Below the pieces are notes generated by a model. That model saw only the letters and a list, made by a program, of their open reading frames with translations. It ran no database searches and had not been told where the DNA came from. A program made the translations under genes and the position numbers. From Microbacteriaceae bacterium (GTDB taxonomy: Bacteria > Actinomycetota > Actinomycetes > Actinomycetales > Microbacteriaceae), in contig WOYR01000255.1 in NCBI GenBank assembly GCA_011620705.1, forward strand, positions 1 through 44,765: 44,765 bases of DNA, given 5' to 3'. The stretch's first letter is position 1. Every line of letters begins with the position of its first letter. Positions 8,941 through 19,726 of the stretch are shown piece by piece.

Positions 8941-11900
8941 TGCCCAAACGTGCAGACATCCGGAGCGTGCTCGTCATCGGCTCCGGCCCGATCGTGATCG
9001 GGCAGGCGGCCGAGTTCGACTATTCCGGCACCCAGGCCTGCCGCGTGCTGCGCGAGGAGGGGGTGCGCGTCATCCTGGTCAACCCGAATCCGGCGACGAT
9101 CATGACCGACCCCGATTTCGCCGATGCCACATACATCGAGCCGATCACGAACGCGGCGCTGGAGGCGATCATCGCCCACGAGCGCCCGGATGCGGTGCTG
9201 CCGACCCTGGGCGGCCAGACCGCGCTCAACGCGGCGATCGCGCTCGACGAGGCGGGCATCCTCGCCAAGTACGCAGTGGAGCTGATCGGCGCCAAGGTGG
9301 AGGCGATCAAGAAGGGCGAGGACCGCCAGATCTTCAAGGAGCTGGTGATCGAGGCGGGCGCCGAGGTCGCCCGCAGCCACATCGCGCGCACGGTGAGCGA
9401 GGCGGTGGATTTCGCGGAGGACCTCGGCTACCCGCTGGTGATCCGCCCGAGCTTCACCATGGGCGGCCTCGGATCGGGGTTCGCATACTCCCGCGATGAA
9501 CTCATCCGCATGGTGGCGGACGGGCTGCACCAGAGCCCGAGCCACGAGGTGCTGCTCGAGGAATCGATCATGGGCTGGAAGGAGTACGAGCTCGAACTGA
9601 TGCGCGACACCGCAGACAACACCGTCGTCGTGTGCTCGATCGAGAACGTCGATCCGGTCGGCGTTCACACCGGGGACTCGATCACCGTCGCGCCGGCGCT
9701 CACGCTGACCGACCGCGAGTTCCAGCGGCTGCGCGACATCGGCATCGACATCATCCGCGCGGTGGGCGTCGATACCGGCGGATGCAACATCCAGTTCGCC
9801 GTCGAGCCATCGACCGGGCGGGTGATCGTGATCGAGATGAACCCGCGGGTGTCGCGGTCGAGCGCTCTGGCCTCGAAGGCCACCGGATTCCCGATCGCCA
9901 AGATCGCCGCAAAGCTGGCCATCGGCTACCGGCTCGACGAGATCCCGAACGACATCACCAAGGTGACCCCGGCGAGCTTCGAGCCGACTCTCGACTACAT
10001 CGTCGTGAAGGTGCCGCGCTTCGCCTTCGAGAAGTTCCCATCGGCGGATGCCACTCTCACCACCACGATGAAGAGCGTCGGCGAGGCGATGGCCATCGGG
10101 CGCAACTACTCGACGGCCCTGCAGAAGGCGCTGCGCTCCCTGGAGAAGCGGGGCAGCAGCTTCCACTGGGGCGGCGAGCGGCGCAGCAAGGCCGCGCTGA
10201 TCGACGCGGCGCGCATCCCCACCGACGGGCGGATCGTCACGGTGCAGCAGGCGCTGCGCAAAGGCGCGACCATCGCCGAGCTGTTCGAGGCGACCAGGAT
10301 CGATCCGTGGTTCCTGGATCAGATCGTGCTGATCAACGAGGTCGCCGCCGAGATCGCCGGGCTGCGGCCCTTCGACCGCGCGCTGTTCGAGCTCGCCAAG
10401 GACCACGGCTTCTCGGATGCCCAGATCGCCGAATTGCGCGGCCTCAGCGAGCAGGAGGTGCGCAACGCGCGCTGGCAGCTGGGCGTGCGCCCGGTCTACA
10501 AGACCGTTGACACCTGCGCGGGCGAATTCCCCGCGCTGACGCCGTACCACTACTCGAGCTACGACCTGGAGACGGAGGTGCGGCCGAGCGGGGCGCGCAA
10601 GGTCGTCATCCTGGGCTCCGGGCCGAACCGCATCGGGCAGGGCGTCGAGTTCGACTACAGCTGCGTGCACGCGAGCTTCGCGCTGCACGACGCCGGCTTC
10701 GAGACGATCATGATCAACTGCAACCCCGAGACGGTGTCGACCGACTACGACACCAGCGACCGGCTGTACTTCGAGCCGCTCACCCTCGAGGACGTGCTCG
10801 AGGTCATCCACGCCGAGTCGCAGTCCGGTGAGCTCGTCGGCGTGATCGTGCAGCTGGGCGGGCAGACCGCGCTGGGGCTGGCCAAGGGGCTCGAGGCGGC
10901 CGGCGTGCCGATCCTGGGCACATCGCCGAGCGCGATCGACCTGGCGGAGGAGCGCGGGCTGTTCTCGAAGATCCTCGACCAGGCGAAACTGCTCGCGCCC
11001 AAGAACGGCACGGCGACGGACGCGCCATCGGCGGTCGCGGCCGCCGAGGCGATCGGCTACCCGGTGCTGGTGCGCCCGAGCTACGTGCTCGGCGGGCGGG
11101 GAATGGAGATCGTCTACGACACTCCCGGGCTGGAGGACTACTTCGACCGGGTGCGCGAACAGGCCATCATCGGCCCGGGTTCGCCGCTGCTGGTCGACCG
11201 CTTCCTGGATGATGCGCTCGAGATCGATGTCGACGCCCTCTACGACGGCACCGAGTTGTACGTCGGCGGGATCATGGAGCACATCGAGGAGGCCGGCGTG
11301 CACTCCGGAGACTCGGCATGCACCCTGCCGCCGGTCACCCTCGGCCGGGACGTCATCGACCAGGTCGTCGTGGCGACCCGCAAGATCGCCGAGGGGGTCG
11401 GAGTGCGCGGGCTGCTCAACGTGCAGTTCGCCATCGGCGCCGGGATCCTGTACGTGCTGGAGGCGAACCCGCGGGCCTCGCGCACGGTGCCGTTCGTCTC
11501 CAAGGCGCTGGGCATCCCGCTGGCGAAGGCGGCGTCGCTGATCATGGTGGGGCGCAGCATCCGCGATCTCGTCGGCAGCGGCATGCTGCCCGCCTCCGAT
11601 GGGGCGCATGTTCCGCTCGACTCGCCGGTCTCCGTCAAGGAGGCGGTGCTGCCGTTCAAGCGATTCCGCACCCGCGAGGGCCAGGTGGTCGACTCGGTGC
11701 TCGGTCCCGAGATGCGCTCCACCGGCGAGGTGATGGGCATCGACGCCGACTTCCCGCGCGCCTTCGCCAAGAGCCAGGACGCCGCATACGGCGGCCTGCC
11801 CTCCACCGGCACCGTGTTCGTCTCGGTCGCCGACCGCGACAAGCGCGCCATCGTGCTCCCGATGCTGCGGATGTCGCAGCTCGGCTTCGACATCGTCGCG

Positions 11901-12245
11901 ACCGAGGGCACCGCCGAGGTGCTGGCTCGCTACGGGATCCCGGCCACGACGGTGCGCAAGTACTTCATGGGCCAGGCGGTGGTGGAGGGCGATCCCTCCA
12001 TCGTCGAACTGATCAACGACGGCAGGATCGACATCGTGATCAACACCCCGAGCGGCCGCAGCGCGCGGGCTGACGGTTTCGAGATCCGCACCGCGACCGT
12101 CGCCGCGGACAAGCCGCTGTTCACCACCATCGCGCAGGTGGGTGCCGCTGTCGCGTCGTTCGAGGTGCATCGCGGCGAGCTGCGCGTTCGCAGCCTGCAG
12201 GACTACGCGAAGGACAGGGCGGCGCGGGGGGCGGTGCCCCGATGA
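8940..12245 (+). CDS. carB: Carbamoyl-phosphate synthase large subunit
   Basis: [18 protein letters not shown], two ATP-grasp halves ([19 protein letters not shown]) and C-terminal MGS domain; 1101 aa. Confidence 0.98.
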   Translation: MPKRADIRSVLVIGSGPIVIGQAAEFDYSGTQACRVLREEGVRVILVNPNPATIMTDPDFADATYIEPITNAALEAIIAHERPDAVLPTLGGQTALNAAIALDEAGILAKYAVELIGAKVEAIKKGEDRQIFKELVIEAGAEVARSHIARTVSEAVDFAEDLGYPLVIRPSFTMGGLGSGFAYSRDELIRMVADGLHQSPSHEVLLEESIMGWKEYELELMRDTADNTVVVCSIENVDPVGVHTGDSITVAPALTLTDREFQRLRDIGIDIIRAVGVDTGGCNIQFAVEPSTGRVIVIEMNPRVSRSSALASKATGFPIAKIAAKLAIGYRLDEIPNDITKVTPASFEPTLDYIVVKVPRFAFEKFPSADATLTTTMKSVGEAMAIGRNYSTALQKALRSLEKRGSSFHWGGERRSKAALIDAARIPTDGRIVTVQQALRKGATIAELFEATRIDPWFLDQIVLINEVAAEIAGLRPFDRALFELAKDHGFSDAQIAELRGLSEQEVRNARWQLGVRPVYKTVDTCAGEFPALTPYHYSSYDLETEVRPSGARKVVILGSGPNRIGQGVEFDYSCVHASFALHDAGFETIMINCNPETVSTDYDTSDRLYFEPLTLEDVLEVIHAESQSGELVGVIVQLGGQTALGLAKGLEAAGVPILGTSPSAIDLAEERGLFSKILDQAKLLAPKNGTATDAPSAVAAAEAIGYPVLVRPSYVLGGRGMEIVYDTPGLEDYFDRVREQAIIGPGSPLLVDRFLDDALEIDVDALYDGTELYVGGIMEHIEEAGVHSGDSACTLPPVTLGRDVIDQVVVATRKIAEGVGVRGLLNVQFAIGAGILYVLEANPRASRTVPFVSKALGIPLAKAASLIMVGRSIRDLVGSGMLPASDGAHVPLDSPVSVKEAVLPFKRFRTREGQVVDSVLGPEMRSTGEVMGIDADFPRAFAKSQDAAYGGLPSTGTVFVSVADRDKRAIVLPMLRMSQLGFDIVATEGTAEVLARYGIPATTVRKYFMGQAVVEGDPSIVELINDGRIDIVINTPSGRSARADGFEIRTATVAADKPLFTTIAQVGAAVASFEVHRGELRVRSLQDYAKDRAARGAVPR

Positions 12246-13114
12246 CCGAGCCGTTCGGGGAGCGCCTGGCGCGCGTCTTCTCCCGGAGAGGCCGGCTCTG
12301 CGTGGGAATCGACCCGCACGCGAGCCTGCTCGAGGAATGGGGGCTGCCGGACTCTGCGGCCGGCGCCCGCGAGTTCGGGCTCCGGGTCGTCGACGCGGCC
12401 GCCGGAGGCGCCGGCATCGTGAAGCCGCAGATCGCCTTCTTCGAGCGCCACGGCTCGGCGGGCTATGCGGCGCTGGAACAGGTGCTGGAGGCCGCGCGCG
12501 CCGCTGAGCTGCTGGTGATCGCGGATGCCAAGCGCGGTGATCTGGGGACCTCCGTCGATGCGTACGGGGAGGCCTGGCTCACACCGGGCTCGCCGCTCGA
12601 GGCGGACGCGATGACCGCGGTGGCCTACCAGGGTCTCGGCTCCCTCGATGGCGTGCTCGAACGCGCCGAGCGCTTCGGCAAGGGCGTGTTCGTGCTCGCG
12701 GCGACCTCGAATCCGGAGGGGCTCCCGACGCAGGCGGCGATCCGCGCTGACGGGCGCACGGTCGCGGCAGGCGTCGTGGCCGACGTCGCCGAGCGGAACC
12801 GTGCATCCGGCAGCGGGGCATCCGGCAGCAGGTCATCCGGCGGCGGGGCGACGGCATCGTTCGGGGTGGTGGTGGGCGCCACAGTGGTCCTCGCCGAGCT
12901 CGGCCTCGATCGCGCGTCCTTCGCGGGGATGCCGGTGCTCGCTCCGGGGTTCGGCTATCAGGGAGCCCGGGGCGCCGAACTGCGCGAGTTGCTCAGCGCG
13001 GCGGCGCAGAATGTTGTGGTGAGCGCATCCCGCAGCATCCTGGCTGACGGCCCGCGGGGACTCGGGGCGGCGATCGACGAGCACGCCCGAGAGGTGGCGG
13101 CATGCCTCGTGTGA
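12242..13114 (+). CDS. pyrF: Orotidine-5'-phosphate decarboxylase
   Basis: [35 protein letters not shown] and LAPGFGYQG. Confidence 0.96.
   Translation: MTEPFGERLARVFSRRGRLCVGIDPHASLLEEWGLPDSAAGAREFGLRVVDAAAGGAGIVKPQIAFFERHGSAGYAALEQVLEAARAAELLVIADAKRGDLGTSVDAYGEAWLTPGSPLEADAMTAVAYQGLGSLDGVLERAERFGKGVFVLAATSNPEGLPTQAAIRADGRTVAAGVVADVAERNRASGSGASGSRSSGGGATASFGVVVGATVVLAELGLDRASFAGMPVLAPGFGYQGARGAELRELLSAAAQNVVVSASRSILADGPRGLGAAIDEHAREVAACLV
12803..12847 (+). repeat. Three imperfect 15-bp tandem repeats inside pyrF
   Basis: GCATCCGGCAGCGGG / GCATCCGGCAGCAGG / TCATCCGGCGGCGGG encode [15 protein letters not shown]. Confidence 0.85.
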
Positions 13115-13998
13115 GGCCGCCCGAAGTGGATCGGGTCGCCGCGGCCCGCGCCGCCGTGGCCGCCCGCCGCGCCAGGGCCGGAGTGAAGCAGACGGTCGCC
13201 AACCGGGAGCGCACGGCGCTGGATGTCGCTGAGTCGGCATGGGTTGGCGAGCCCAGCAGCCCCGAATCGACGCTGCGGGTGCGAGAGCTGCTGATGAGCA
13301 TCCCGAGCCTCGGACCGACGAGAGCCGACAAGGCGATGGAGCAGCTCGGCATCGCGTTCTCGAAGCGCGTCGGCGGGCTGGGCGTCCGCCAGCGGGCCAG
13401 GCTGCGCGAGTACCTGTCCCAGCGCGAAGGCAGGAGCGAGCGGCCGACCAGCCGGCTGGTCGTGCTCGCCGGGCCGACGGCGGTCGGCAAGGGGACCGTG
13501 TCGCGCTACATCCGCGAGCACTACCCGGATGTGGTGCTGAGCATCTCGGCGACCACGCGGCCGCCGCGCCCCGGGGAGGTGGACGGCGAGCACTACTACT
13601 TCGTCAGCGATGCGCAGTTCGACGACATGATCGCGCGCGGCGAGTTCCTGGAGTGGGCCACCGTGCACAACTCGTCCCGCTACGGCACGCCGCGATCGCC
13701 CGTCGACGCCGCGCTGGCCCAGGGCAGGAGCGTGCTGCTCGAGATCGATCTGCAGGGCGCACGGGCCGTGAAACGCGAGATGCCCGACGCGCTCCTGGTG
13801 TTCCTGCTGCCGCCGAGCTGGGAGGAGCTGGTGCGCCGCCTGGTGGGCCGGGGCACCGAGGACGCGGCCGAACAGGCTCGCCGACTCGAGACGGCGAAGC
13901 TCGAATTGCGGGCCCAGGACGAGTTCGATGTCAAGGTGGTGAACCGGGAAGTCGGCCAAGCCGCAGCCGAAGTCGTAGAATTGCTCGCAGTGCCCTGA
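13102..13998 (+). CDS. gmk: Guanylate kinase with fused N-terminal actinobacterial IHF (mIHF/sIHF, H2TH)-like domain
   Basis: C-terminal [32 protein letters not shown] and EIDLQG; N-terminal ~105 aa [10 protein letters not shown]...[35 protein letters not shown] resembles mIHF; SD-like GAGGT at 13091-13095. Confidence 0.93.
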   Translation: MPRVRPPEVDRVAAARAAVAARRARAGVKQTVANRERTALDVAESAWVGEPSSPESTLRVRELLMSIPSLGPTRADKAMEQLGIAFSKRVGGLGVRQRARLREYLSQREGRSERPTSRLVVLAGPTAVGKGTVSRYIREHYPDVVLSISATTRPPRPGEVDGEHYYFVSDAQFDDMIARGEFLEWATVHNSSRYGTPRSPVDAALAQGRSVLLEIDLQGARAVKREMPDALLVFLLPPSWEELVRRLVGRGTEDAAEQARRLETAKLELRAQDEFDVKVVNREVGQAAAEVVELLAVP

Positions 13999-14029
13999 TC
14001 CGGGTGCGACCGCTTCAGGGAGGACCACC

Positions 14030-14293
14030 ATGGCCGACAAGAACTCCGGCATCATCGACCCGCCGATCGACGACCTGCTCACGCGAGTCGACTCCAAGTA
14101 CCAGCTGGTGATCTTCGCGAGCAAGCGCGCGCGTCAGATCAACGACTACTACGCCGACCTGCACGAGGGCTCGCTCTTCGACAACGTCGGCCCCTTGGTG
14201 GACTCCACGATCGACGACAAGCCGCTCTCGGTCGCGCTGCGCGAGATCCACGAGGGCAAGCTCACCTTGACGCCGTTCGACGCGCCCGAGTAG
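14030..14293 (+). CDS. rpoZ: RNA polymerase omega subunit
   Basis: [28 protein letters not shown] and [10 protein letters not shown]; SD GGAGG; candidate -10 TAGAAT at 13976-13981 inside gmk. Confidence 0.97.
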   Translation: MADKNSGIIDPPIDDLLTRVDSKYQLVIFASKRARQINDYYADLHEGSLFDNVGPLVDSTIDDKPLSVALREIHEGKLTLTPFDAPE

Positions 14294-14303
14294 AGCAGCG
14301 CCG

Positions 14304-15515
14304 TTGAACATCGTCGTCGGGATCACCGGCGGCATCGCGGCGTACAAGGCCGTCAACGTCGTGCGGGGCCTGGTGCTGGCCGGCCACGAGGTGCACGTCG
14401 TGGCCACGGAGGCCGCGTTGCGCTTCGTCGGCCGCCCGACGCTGGAGGCGATCAGCAGGAACCCCGTGCACAGCGAGCTGTACGAGGCAGTCGCCGAGGT
14501 GCGCCACGTGGCCATCGGCCAGGCCGCCGAGCTGATCGTGGTGGCTCCTGCGACGGCGAACACGATCGCGAAGATCGCCGCTGGTCTCGCCGACGACCTG
14601 CTGGGCAACAGCATCCTCGCCTCGAAGGCGCCGATCCTGCTGGCCCCGGCGATGCACACCGAGATGTGGCAGAACCCGGCGACCGTCGCCAACGTGGCGA
14701 CGCTCAGGGCGCGGGGTGTGCAGTTCGTAGGACCGGCGAGCGGGCAGCTCACCGGGTCCGACTCGGGGCCGGGACGGATGGCGGAGCCCGACGAGATCGT
14801 GGCGGCGGCGTTGGCCGTGGCGGCCGGGGGCGGGCCTGCCGGGCACCGTGCTGATCTGATGGGGCGGCGCGTCCTGGTGACAGCGGGCGGCACGCGCGAA
14901 CCGCTCGACCCTGTGCGTTTCATCGGCAACCGCTCCAGCGGCAAGCAAGGCGTCGCCATCGCGCGCGCAGCGGCGGCCCGTGGGGCGGAGGTGACGCTCA
15001 TCGCGGCGAACCTCGATGAGGGCGTGCTGACCGGCCTCGCCGGTTCGATCGCGGTGCGGCACGTGTCGACCACCCTCGAACTGCAGGAGGCGGTGCTGCT
15101 CGCCGCCGGCACCGCCGAGCTGATCGTCATGGCCGCCGCGGTGGCGGATTACCGTCCCGAGACGGTCGCGGCGGGCAAGATCAGGAAGGAGGCGCAGGGC
15201 GATTCGCTCCAGCTGCGCCTGGTGCGGAATCCGGACATCCTGCACGAGCTCGTGCAGGGCAGGCACGACGGGCAGGTGATCGTCGGCTTCGCGGCCGAGA
15301 CCGAGCCGGATGCCGCGGCGCTGCTCGAGCTGGCCGTGGCCAAGCGCGCGCGCAAAGGGGTCGACTACCTCGTCGTCAACAGGGTCGGCTGGACCGAGAC
15401 TTTCGGCAGCGACGACAACGCCGTGATGGTGCTCGACGCAACCGGGGGTAACGTGGCGCAGGCCCACGGCGACAAGCAGTCGGTCGCCGACCGTATCCTC
15501 GACGTGGTGGCGTGA
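14304..15515 (+). CDS. coaBC: Bifunctional phosphopantothenoylcysteine decarboxylase / phosphopantothenate-cysteine ligase
   Basis: [45 protein letters not shown] and VGFAAET; TTG start. Confidence 0.96.
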   Translation: MNIVVGITGGIAAYKAVNVVRGLVLAGHEVHVVATEAALRFVGRPTLEAISRNPVHSELYEAVAEVRHVAIGQAAELIVVAPATANTIAKIAAGLADDLLGNSILASKAPILLAPAMHTEMWQNPATVANVATLRARGVQFVGPASGQLTGSDSGPGRMAEPDEIVAAALAVAAGGGPAGHRADLMGRRVLVTAGGTREPLDPVRFIGNRSSGKQGVAIARAAAARGAEVTLIAANLDEGVLTGLAGSIAVRHVSTTLELQEAVLLAAGTAELIVMAAAVADYRPETVAAGKIRKEAQGDSLQLRLVRNPDILHELVQGRHDGQVIVGFAAETEPDAAALLELAVAKRARKGVDYLVVNRVGWTETFGSDDNAVMVLDATGGNVAQAHGDKQSVADRILDVVA

Positions 15516-15567
15516 CACCCGGTCTCGCGTCCCCGCTTCTTCCCGCCTCCCACAGGACAGGTCGCCC

Positions 15568-16764
15568 GTGAGCACTGCGCTTCGACTCTTCACATCGGAA
15601 TCCGTCACCGAGGGCCACCCCGACAAGATCTGCGACCAGATCAGCGACTCGATCCTGGATGCCCTCCTCGCCGTCGACCGTCATGCCAGGGTCGCGGTGG
15701 AGACCCTCGTGACGACGGGGCTGGTGCACGTCGCGGGCGAGGTCACGACCTCCGGTTATGTCGACATCCCGTCGATCGTGCGCAAGCGCGTCACCGACAT
15801 CGGCTACGACTCCTCTGATGTCTGGTTCGACGGACGCTCCTGCGGCGTGTCGGTCTCCATCGGCGGGCAGTCGCCCGACATCGCCCAGGGAGTCGACGAC
15901 GCCTTCGAGACCCGCGAGGGCACCAGCGTCGACGAACTCGACAGGCAGGGCGCCGGCGACCAGGGCATCATGTTCGGCTACGCCACGACCGAGACGCCCG
16001 CACTCATGCCGCTGCCGATCTGGCTGGCGCATCGGATGTCCGAGCGGCTCGCCGAGGTCCGTCACCAGGGCCTGGTCGACTACCTCCGCCCCGACGGCAA
16101 GACGCAGGTCACGGTCGGCTACGAGGGAGCGGTTCCGCGCACCGTCGAGACCGTGGTGCTCTCCACGCAGCACTCGCCGAAGGTGAGCACCGAGCAGTTG
16201 CGCGCCGAGATCGAGGAGCTGGTGATCCGTCCGGTGCTCGGCCGCATCGATCTGCCGTCCGCCGGGGCGCGCGTGCTCATCAACCCGACCGGGCGCTTCG
16301 AGATCGGCGGGCCGCAGGGTGACGCGGGCCTCACCGGTCGCAAGATCATCGTCGACACCTACGGCGGCGCCGCCCGGCACGGTGGCGGCGCGTTCAGCGG
16401 CAAGGACCCGTCCAAGGTCGACCGCTCGGCCGCCTATGCGATGCGCTGGGTCGCGAAGAACGCGGTGGCCGCGGGCCTCGCCGACCGGCTGGAGGTGCAG
16501 GTGGCGTACGCCATCGGCACCGCATCCCCCGTCGGCCTGTACGTCGAGACCTTCGGCACGGCGCATGTGCCGGAGGAGAGCATCATCGGCGCGATCCAGG
16601 AGGTGTTCGACCTGCGGCCGGCCGCGATCATCCGCGAACTGGATCTGCTCCGACCGATCTACGCGCAGACCGCCAGCTACGGCCATTTCGGGCGCGAGCT
16701 GGCCGACTTCACCTGGGAGAAGACCGATCGCGTCGACGCCTTGCGCGGTGCCGCCGGGCTCTGA
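15568..16764 (+). CDS. metK: S-adenosylmethionine synthetase
   Basis: [35 protein letters not shown] and YGHFG. Confidence 0.98.
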   Translation: MSTALRLFTSESVTEGHPDKICDQISDSILDALLAVDRHARVAVETLVTTGLVHVAGEVTTSGYVDIPSIVRKRVTDIGYDSSDVWFDGRSCGVSVSIGGQSPDIAQGVDDAFETREGTSVDELDRQGAGDQGIMFGYATTETPALMPLPIWLAHRMSERLAEVRHQGLVDYLRPDGKTQVTVGYEGAVPRTVETVVLSTQHSPKVSTEQLRAEIEELVIRPVLGRIDLPSAGARVLINPTGRFEIGGPQGDAGLTGRKIIVDTYGGAARHGGGAFSGKDPSKVDRSAAYAMRWVAKNAVAAGLADRLEVQVAYAIGTASPVGLYVETFGTAHVPEESIIGAIQEVFDLRPAAIIRELDLLRPIYAQTASYGHFGRELADFTWEKTDRVDALRGAAGL

Positions 16765-16789
16765 ACTCCTCGGGAACGGTGCGCGTGGC

Positions 16790-18748
16790 ATGAGCTCGAT
16801 CGCACGAGTCCTGGTCGACTCGCCGCTTCCGCAACTGGACCGCCTGCTCGACTACCGCATCCCGGAGGGGATGGAGGGCATCGTGCCCGGCGTGCGGGTC
16901 TCGGTGCCGCTGCGGGCGGCGAGCAGGATCGCCGAGGGCTTCGTGATCGAGCTGAGTGCGCAGCAGGACTACCCGGGGCCGTTGAGCGACATCGCGGCAC
17001 TGGTGTCGCCGGTCCCGGTGCTGCAGCCGGAGGTGTGGGCGCTCGCCCGGGCGGTCGCCGACCGGGCGGCAGGGTCGGCGAGCGATGTGCTCCGGCTCGC
17101 CATCCCGGCCCGTCAGGTGCGGGTGGAGAAGTCGTGGCTCGCACGGGGCGAGCAGCCCCCTCGCGCGCCGATCGCCGCGCCGGCGATGGATGGCTATCCG
17201 CCCGACGCGCTCGAGACCGCTCTCGCGGGCGGTGAGCGTCTCGCGCTCGGCGTCGCACCGGGGGTGACGGAGCTGGACGACGGCAGCTGGATCGGGCGAT
17301 GGGCGGTGGCACTCGCGCGCGCGGCCACCAGGGTGGTTGCGGGGGGCTCCTCGGCGATCCTGGTGGCGCCCGACTACCGCGACCAGGAGCAGCTCGCCGC
17401 CGCGCTGGCACGCATGGTGCCCCATGAGGCGGTCGTGCGGCTGGATGCCCGGCAATCCAACCCCGATCGTTACCGCGGCCTCCTGCGCGCGCTCGGACCC
17501 GAGCCGATGGTGCTGCTGGGGAACCGCTCCGTGGTCTACGCCCCGGCCGCACGGCTGGGGCTCATCGCGGTCTGGAACGACGGCGACCCGCTGCTCGGCG
17601 AGCCGCTGACCCCCTATGTGCACGCGAGGGATGCGGCGCTGATCCGGCAGCAGCAGCAGGGCGGGGCGCTTCTGCTCGCCGGGCACACGCGCACGACGGA
17701 GGTCGAGCGCCTCGTGGAGATGGGCTACCTGCGCGAGCTGGGGCCCGCTCGGCCGCGGCATCCGCGGGTGATCCCCACGGCGAACATCCCGGCGCAGGAC
17801 CGTCTGGCCGCGCAGGCGCGCATCCCCTCGATCGCCTGGCGGGAGGCGACGGCGGGCAGCAGAGCCGGACCGGTGCTGGTCCAGGTCGCGAGGCCGGGCT
17901 ACGCGCCGGGGCTGCGCTGCGCGGAGTGCGGCGAGGCGGCCCGGTGCCGGGCCTGCGGAGGGCCGCTGCGGCTGCAGCAGCGGGGCGGCATCCCGAGCTG
18001 CACCTGGTGCGGAGCGCCGGAGGCCTCGTGGCGGTGCCCCGATTGCCGCTCGACGAGGCTGCGCCCGGCGGGAGCGGGTGCCGGCCGAACCGGCGAAGAG
18101 CTGGGGAGGGCGTTCCCCGGCGTCCGGATCATCGTGGCCGATGGCGAGCGCAGCATCCAGGCCATCGACGCGAAGCCCGCCATCGTGGTCGCGACCCGCG
18201 GGGCCGAGCCGATCGCCGCAGGCGGCTACCGCGCCGTCCTGCTGCTCGACGGAGATCGCATGGTGGCGCGCGAGAGCCTGCGCGTCGGCGAGGACTGCCT
18301 GCGCTGGTGGTCGGATGCCGCCGCCCTCGCCGCCGACGACGCGCCTGTCGTGCTGGTCGGCGTGGGCGGTACGCTGGCGTCGGCCCTGGCCACCGGCGGC
18401 CAGGCGGACTACGCCCGGCAGGAGCTCATCGACCGCCGTGCGCTGCACTTCCCGCCCGCCGTGCGCATCGCGACCCTGAGCGGGGCGCCGGATGCCGTCG
18501 CAGCGGCTCTGCGCCGGCTGCCGGCCGGGGTCGATCCGGTGGGCACCACCGAGGCCGATGGGCGGGCACGGGCCATCGTGCGCTTCGACTACGCACAGGG
18601 CGCCGCGGTGGCGGAGGCGGTGCGCTCGGAGATCATCCGGCAGGCGACCGCCCGGCGCAAGACCGTCCCGGGATCGCCCCAGCGCCGCGGACGCCAGCCG
18701 CTCCCGCTGCGGGCCCATTTCGACGATCCGGAGCCCTTCGCCGAGTGA
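16790..18748 (+). CDS. priA: Primosomal protein N' (actinobacterial type)
   Basis: N-terminal LDRLLDY..PGVRVSVP 3'-DNA-binding domain, four CxxC motifs (CAEC, CRAC, CTWC, CPDC) and FPPAVR; sits between metK and fmt; ATG at 16790. Confidence 0.9.
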   Translation: MSSIARVLVDSPLPQLDRLLDYRIPEGMEGIVPGVRVSVPLRAASRIAEGFVIELSAQQDYPGPLSDIAALVSPVPVLQPEVWALARAVADRAAGSASDVLRLAIPARQVRVEKSWLARGEQPPRAPIAAPAMDGYPPDALETALAGGERLALGVAPGVTELDDGSWIGRWAVALARAATRVVAGGSSAILVAPDYRDQEQLAAALARMVPHEAVVRLDARQSNPDRYRGLLRALGPEPMVLLGNRSVVYAPAARLGLIAVWNDGDPLLGEPLTPYVHARDAALIRQQQQGGALLLAGHTRTTEVERLVEMGYLRELGPARPRHPRVIPTANIPAQDRLAAQARIPSIAWREATAGSRAGPVLVQVARPGYAPGLRCAECGEAARCRACGGPLRLQQRGGIPSCTWCGAPEASWRCPDCRSTRLRPAGAGAGRTGEELGRAFPGVRIIVADGERSIQAIDAKPAIVVATRGAEPIAAGGYRAVLLLDGDRMVARESLRVGEDCLRWWSDAAALAADDAPVVLVGVGGTLASALATGGQADYARQELIDRRALHFPPAVRIATLSGAPDAVAAALRRLPAGVDPVGTTEADGRARAIVRFDYAQGAAVAEAVRSEIIRQATARRKTVPGSPQRRGRQPLPLRAHFDDPEPFAE

Positions 18749-18789
18749 CCAGGCGGCGCCGGATGAGCCCGGTGCGACAGAATCGACGG

Positions 18790-19716
18790 GTGCCACCACT
18801 CCGGATCGTCTTCGCGGGAAGTCCGGCGGCGGCGGTGCCGAGTCTGCGGCGGCTGCTCCAAGGCCGGCACGAGGTGGTCGCCGTCGTCACGCGCGAGGAC
18901 GCCCCGCTCGGCCGCAAACGGGTCATGACGGCGACACCGGTCGCCGTCGAAGCCGAGAGCGCCGGCATCCCCGTCATCAAGGCCAACCGGCTCGGCCCCG
19001 TCACGGACCAGCTGATCGCCCTCCATGCCGACCTCGGAGTGATCGTCGCGTACGGCGGCATCGTCCGCGAGCCGCTGCTGAGCGCTCCCCGGCTGGGCTG
19101 GATCAACCTGCACTTCTCCTTGCTCCCGCGCTGGCGCGGAGCCGCTCCGGTCCAGCGCGCGATCATGGCGGGCGATGCCGAGACCGGGGCCGCCGTGTTC
19201 CAGCTGGTCCCCGAGCTGGATGCCGGCGGCGTCTATGCGGCCCTCCGCCAGCCGATCGGTGCGCATCAGACGGCCGGGCACCTGCTCGAGACGCTCGCGG
19301 AGGCCGGCGCCGGACTCCTGGCGGATGTCGTCGACCAGCTGGCCGAGGGGACCGCGGTGGCGACCCCGCAGTCGGGCGAGGTGACCCTCGCGCCCAAGCT
19401 GACGCTCGCCGACGGCCGGCTGGACTGGACGGTCTCCGCCGAGCAGGTGGACGACCGCTTCCGGGGCACGACGCCCGAGCCGGGCGCCTTCACCGAAGTG
19501 GGAGGCGAGCGCGTGAAAGTGCTCGACGCGCTGATCGCGCGCGAGGCTCCGCGCTTGGCCCCCGGGCACATCGAGCTGCGAGCGGGGAGGCTGCTGGTGG
19601 GCACGGCGAGCGATCCGATCGAACTCGTCACCGTGCATCCGGCGGGCAGACGCGCGATGCCTGCGGCCGACTGGTGGCGGGGCCGGCCGGCCGGTTCGCC
19701 GGACACCGCCTCGTGA
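18790..19716 (+). CDS. fmt: Methionyl-tRNA formyltransferase
   Basis: LRIVFAGSP, VAYG, INLHFSLLPRWRGAAPVQRAI and LDAG; GTG 18790 is 6 nt after a CAGAAT -10-like hexamer. Confidence 0.95.
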   Translation: MPPLRIVFAGSPAAAVPSLRRLLQGRHEVVAVVTREDAPLGRKRVMTATPVAVEAESAGIPVIKANRLGPVTDQLIALHADLGVIVAYGGIVREPLLSAPRLGWINLHFSLLPRWRGAAPVQRAIMAGDAETGAAVFQLVPELDAGGVYAALRQPIGAHQTAGHLLETLAEAGAGLLADVVDQLAEGTAVATPQSGEVTLAPKLTLADGRLDWTVSAEQVDDRFRGTTPEPGAFTEVGGERVKVLDALIAREAPRLAPGHIELRAGRLLVGTASDPIELVTVHPAGRRAMPAADWWRGRPAGSPDTAS

Positions 19717-19726
19717 GCGTGGGATC

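Noticed and set aside
15516-15567. Possible SAM riboswitch before metK
   Set aside because: The gap is only 52 nt and pyrimidine-rich, with no recognisable SAM-I, SAM-IV or related core.
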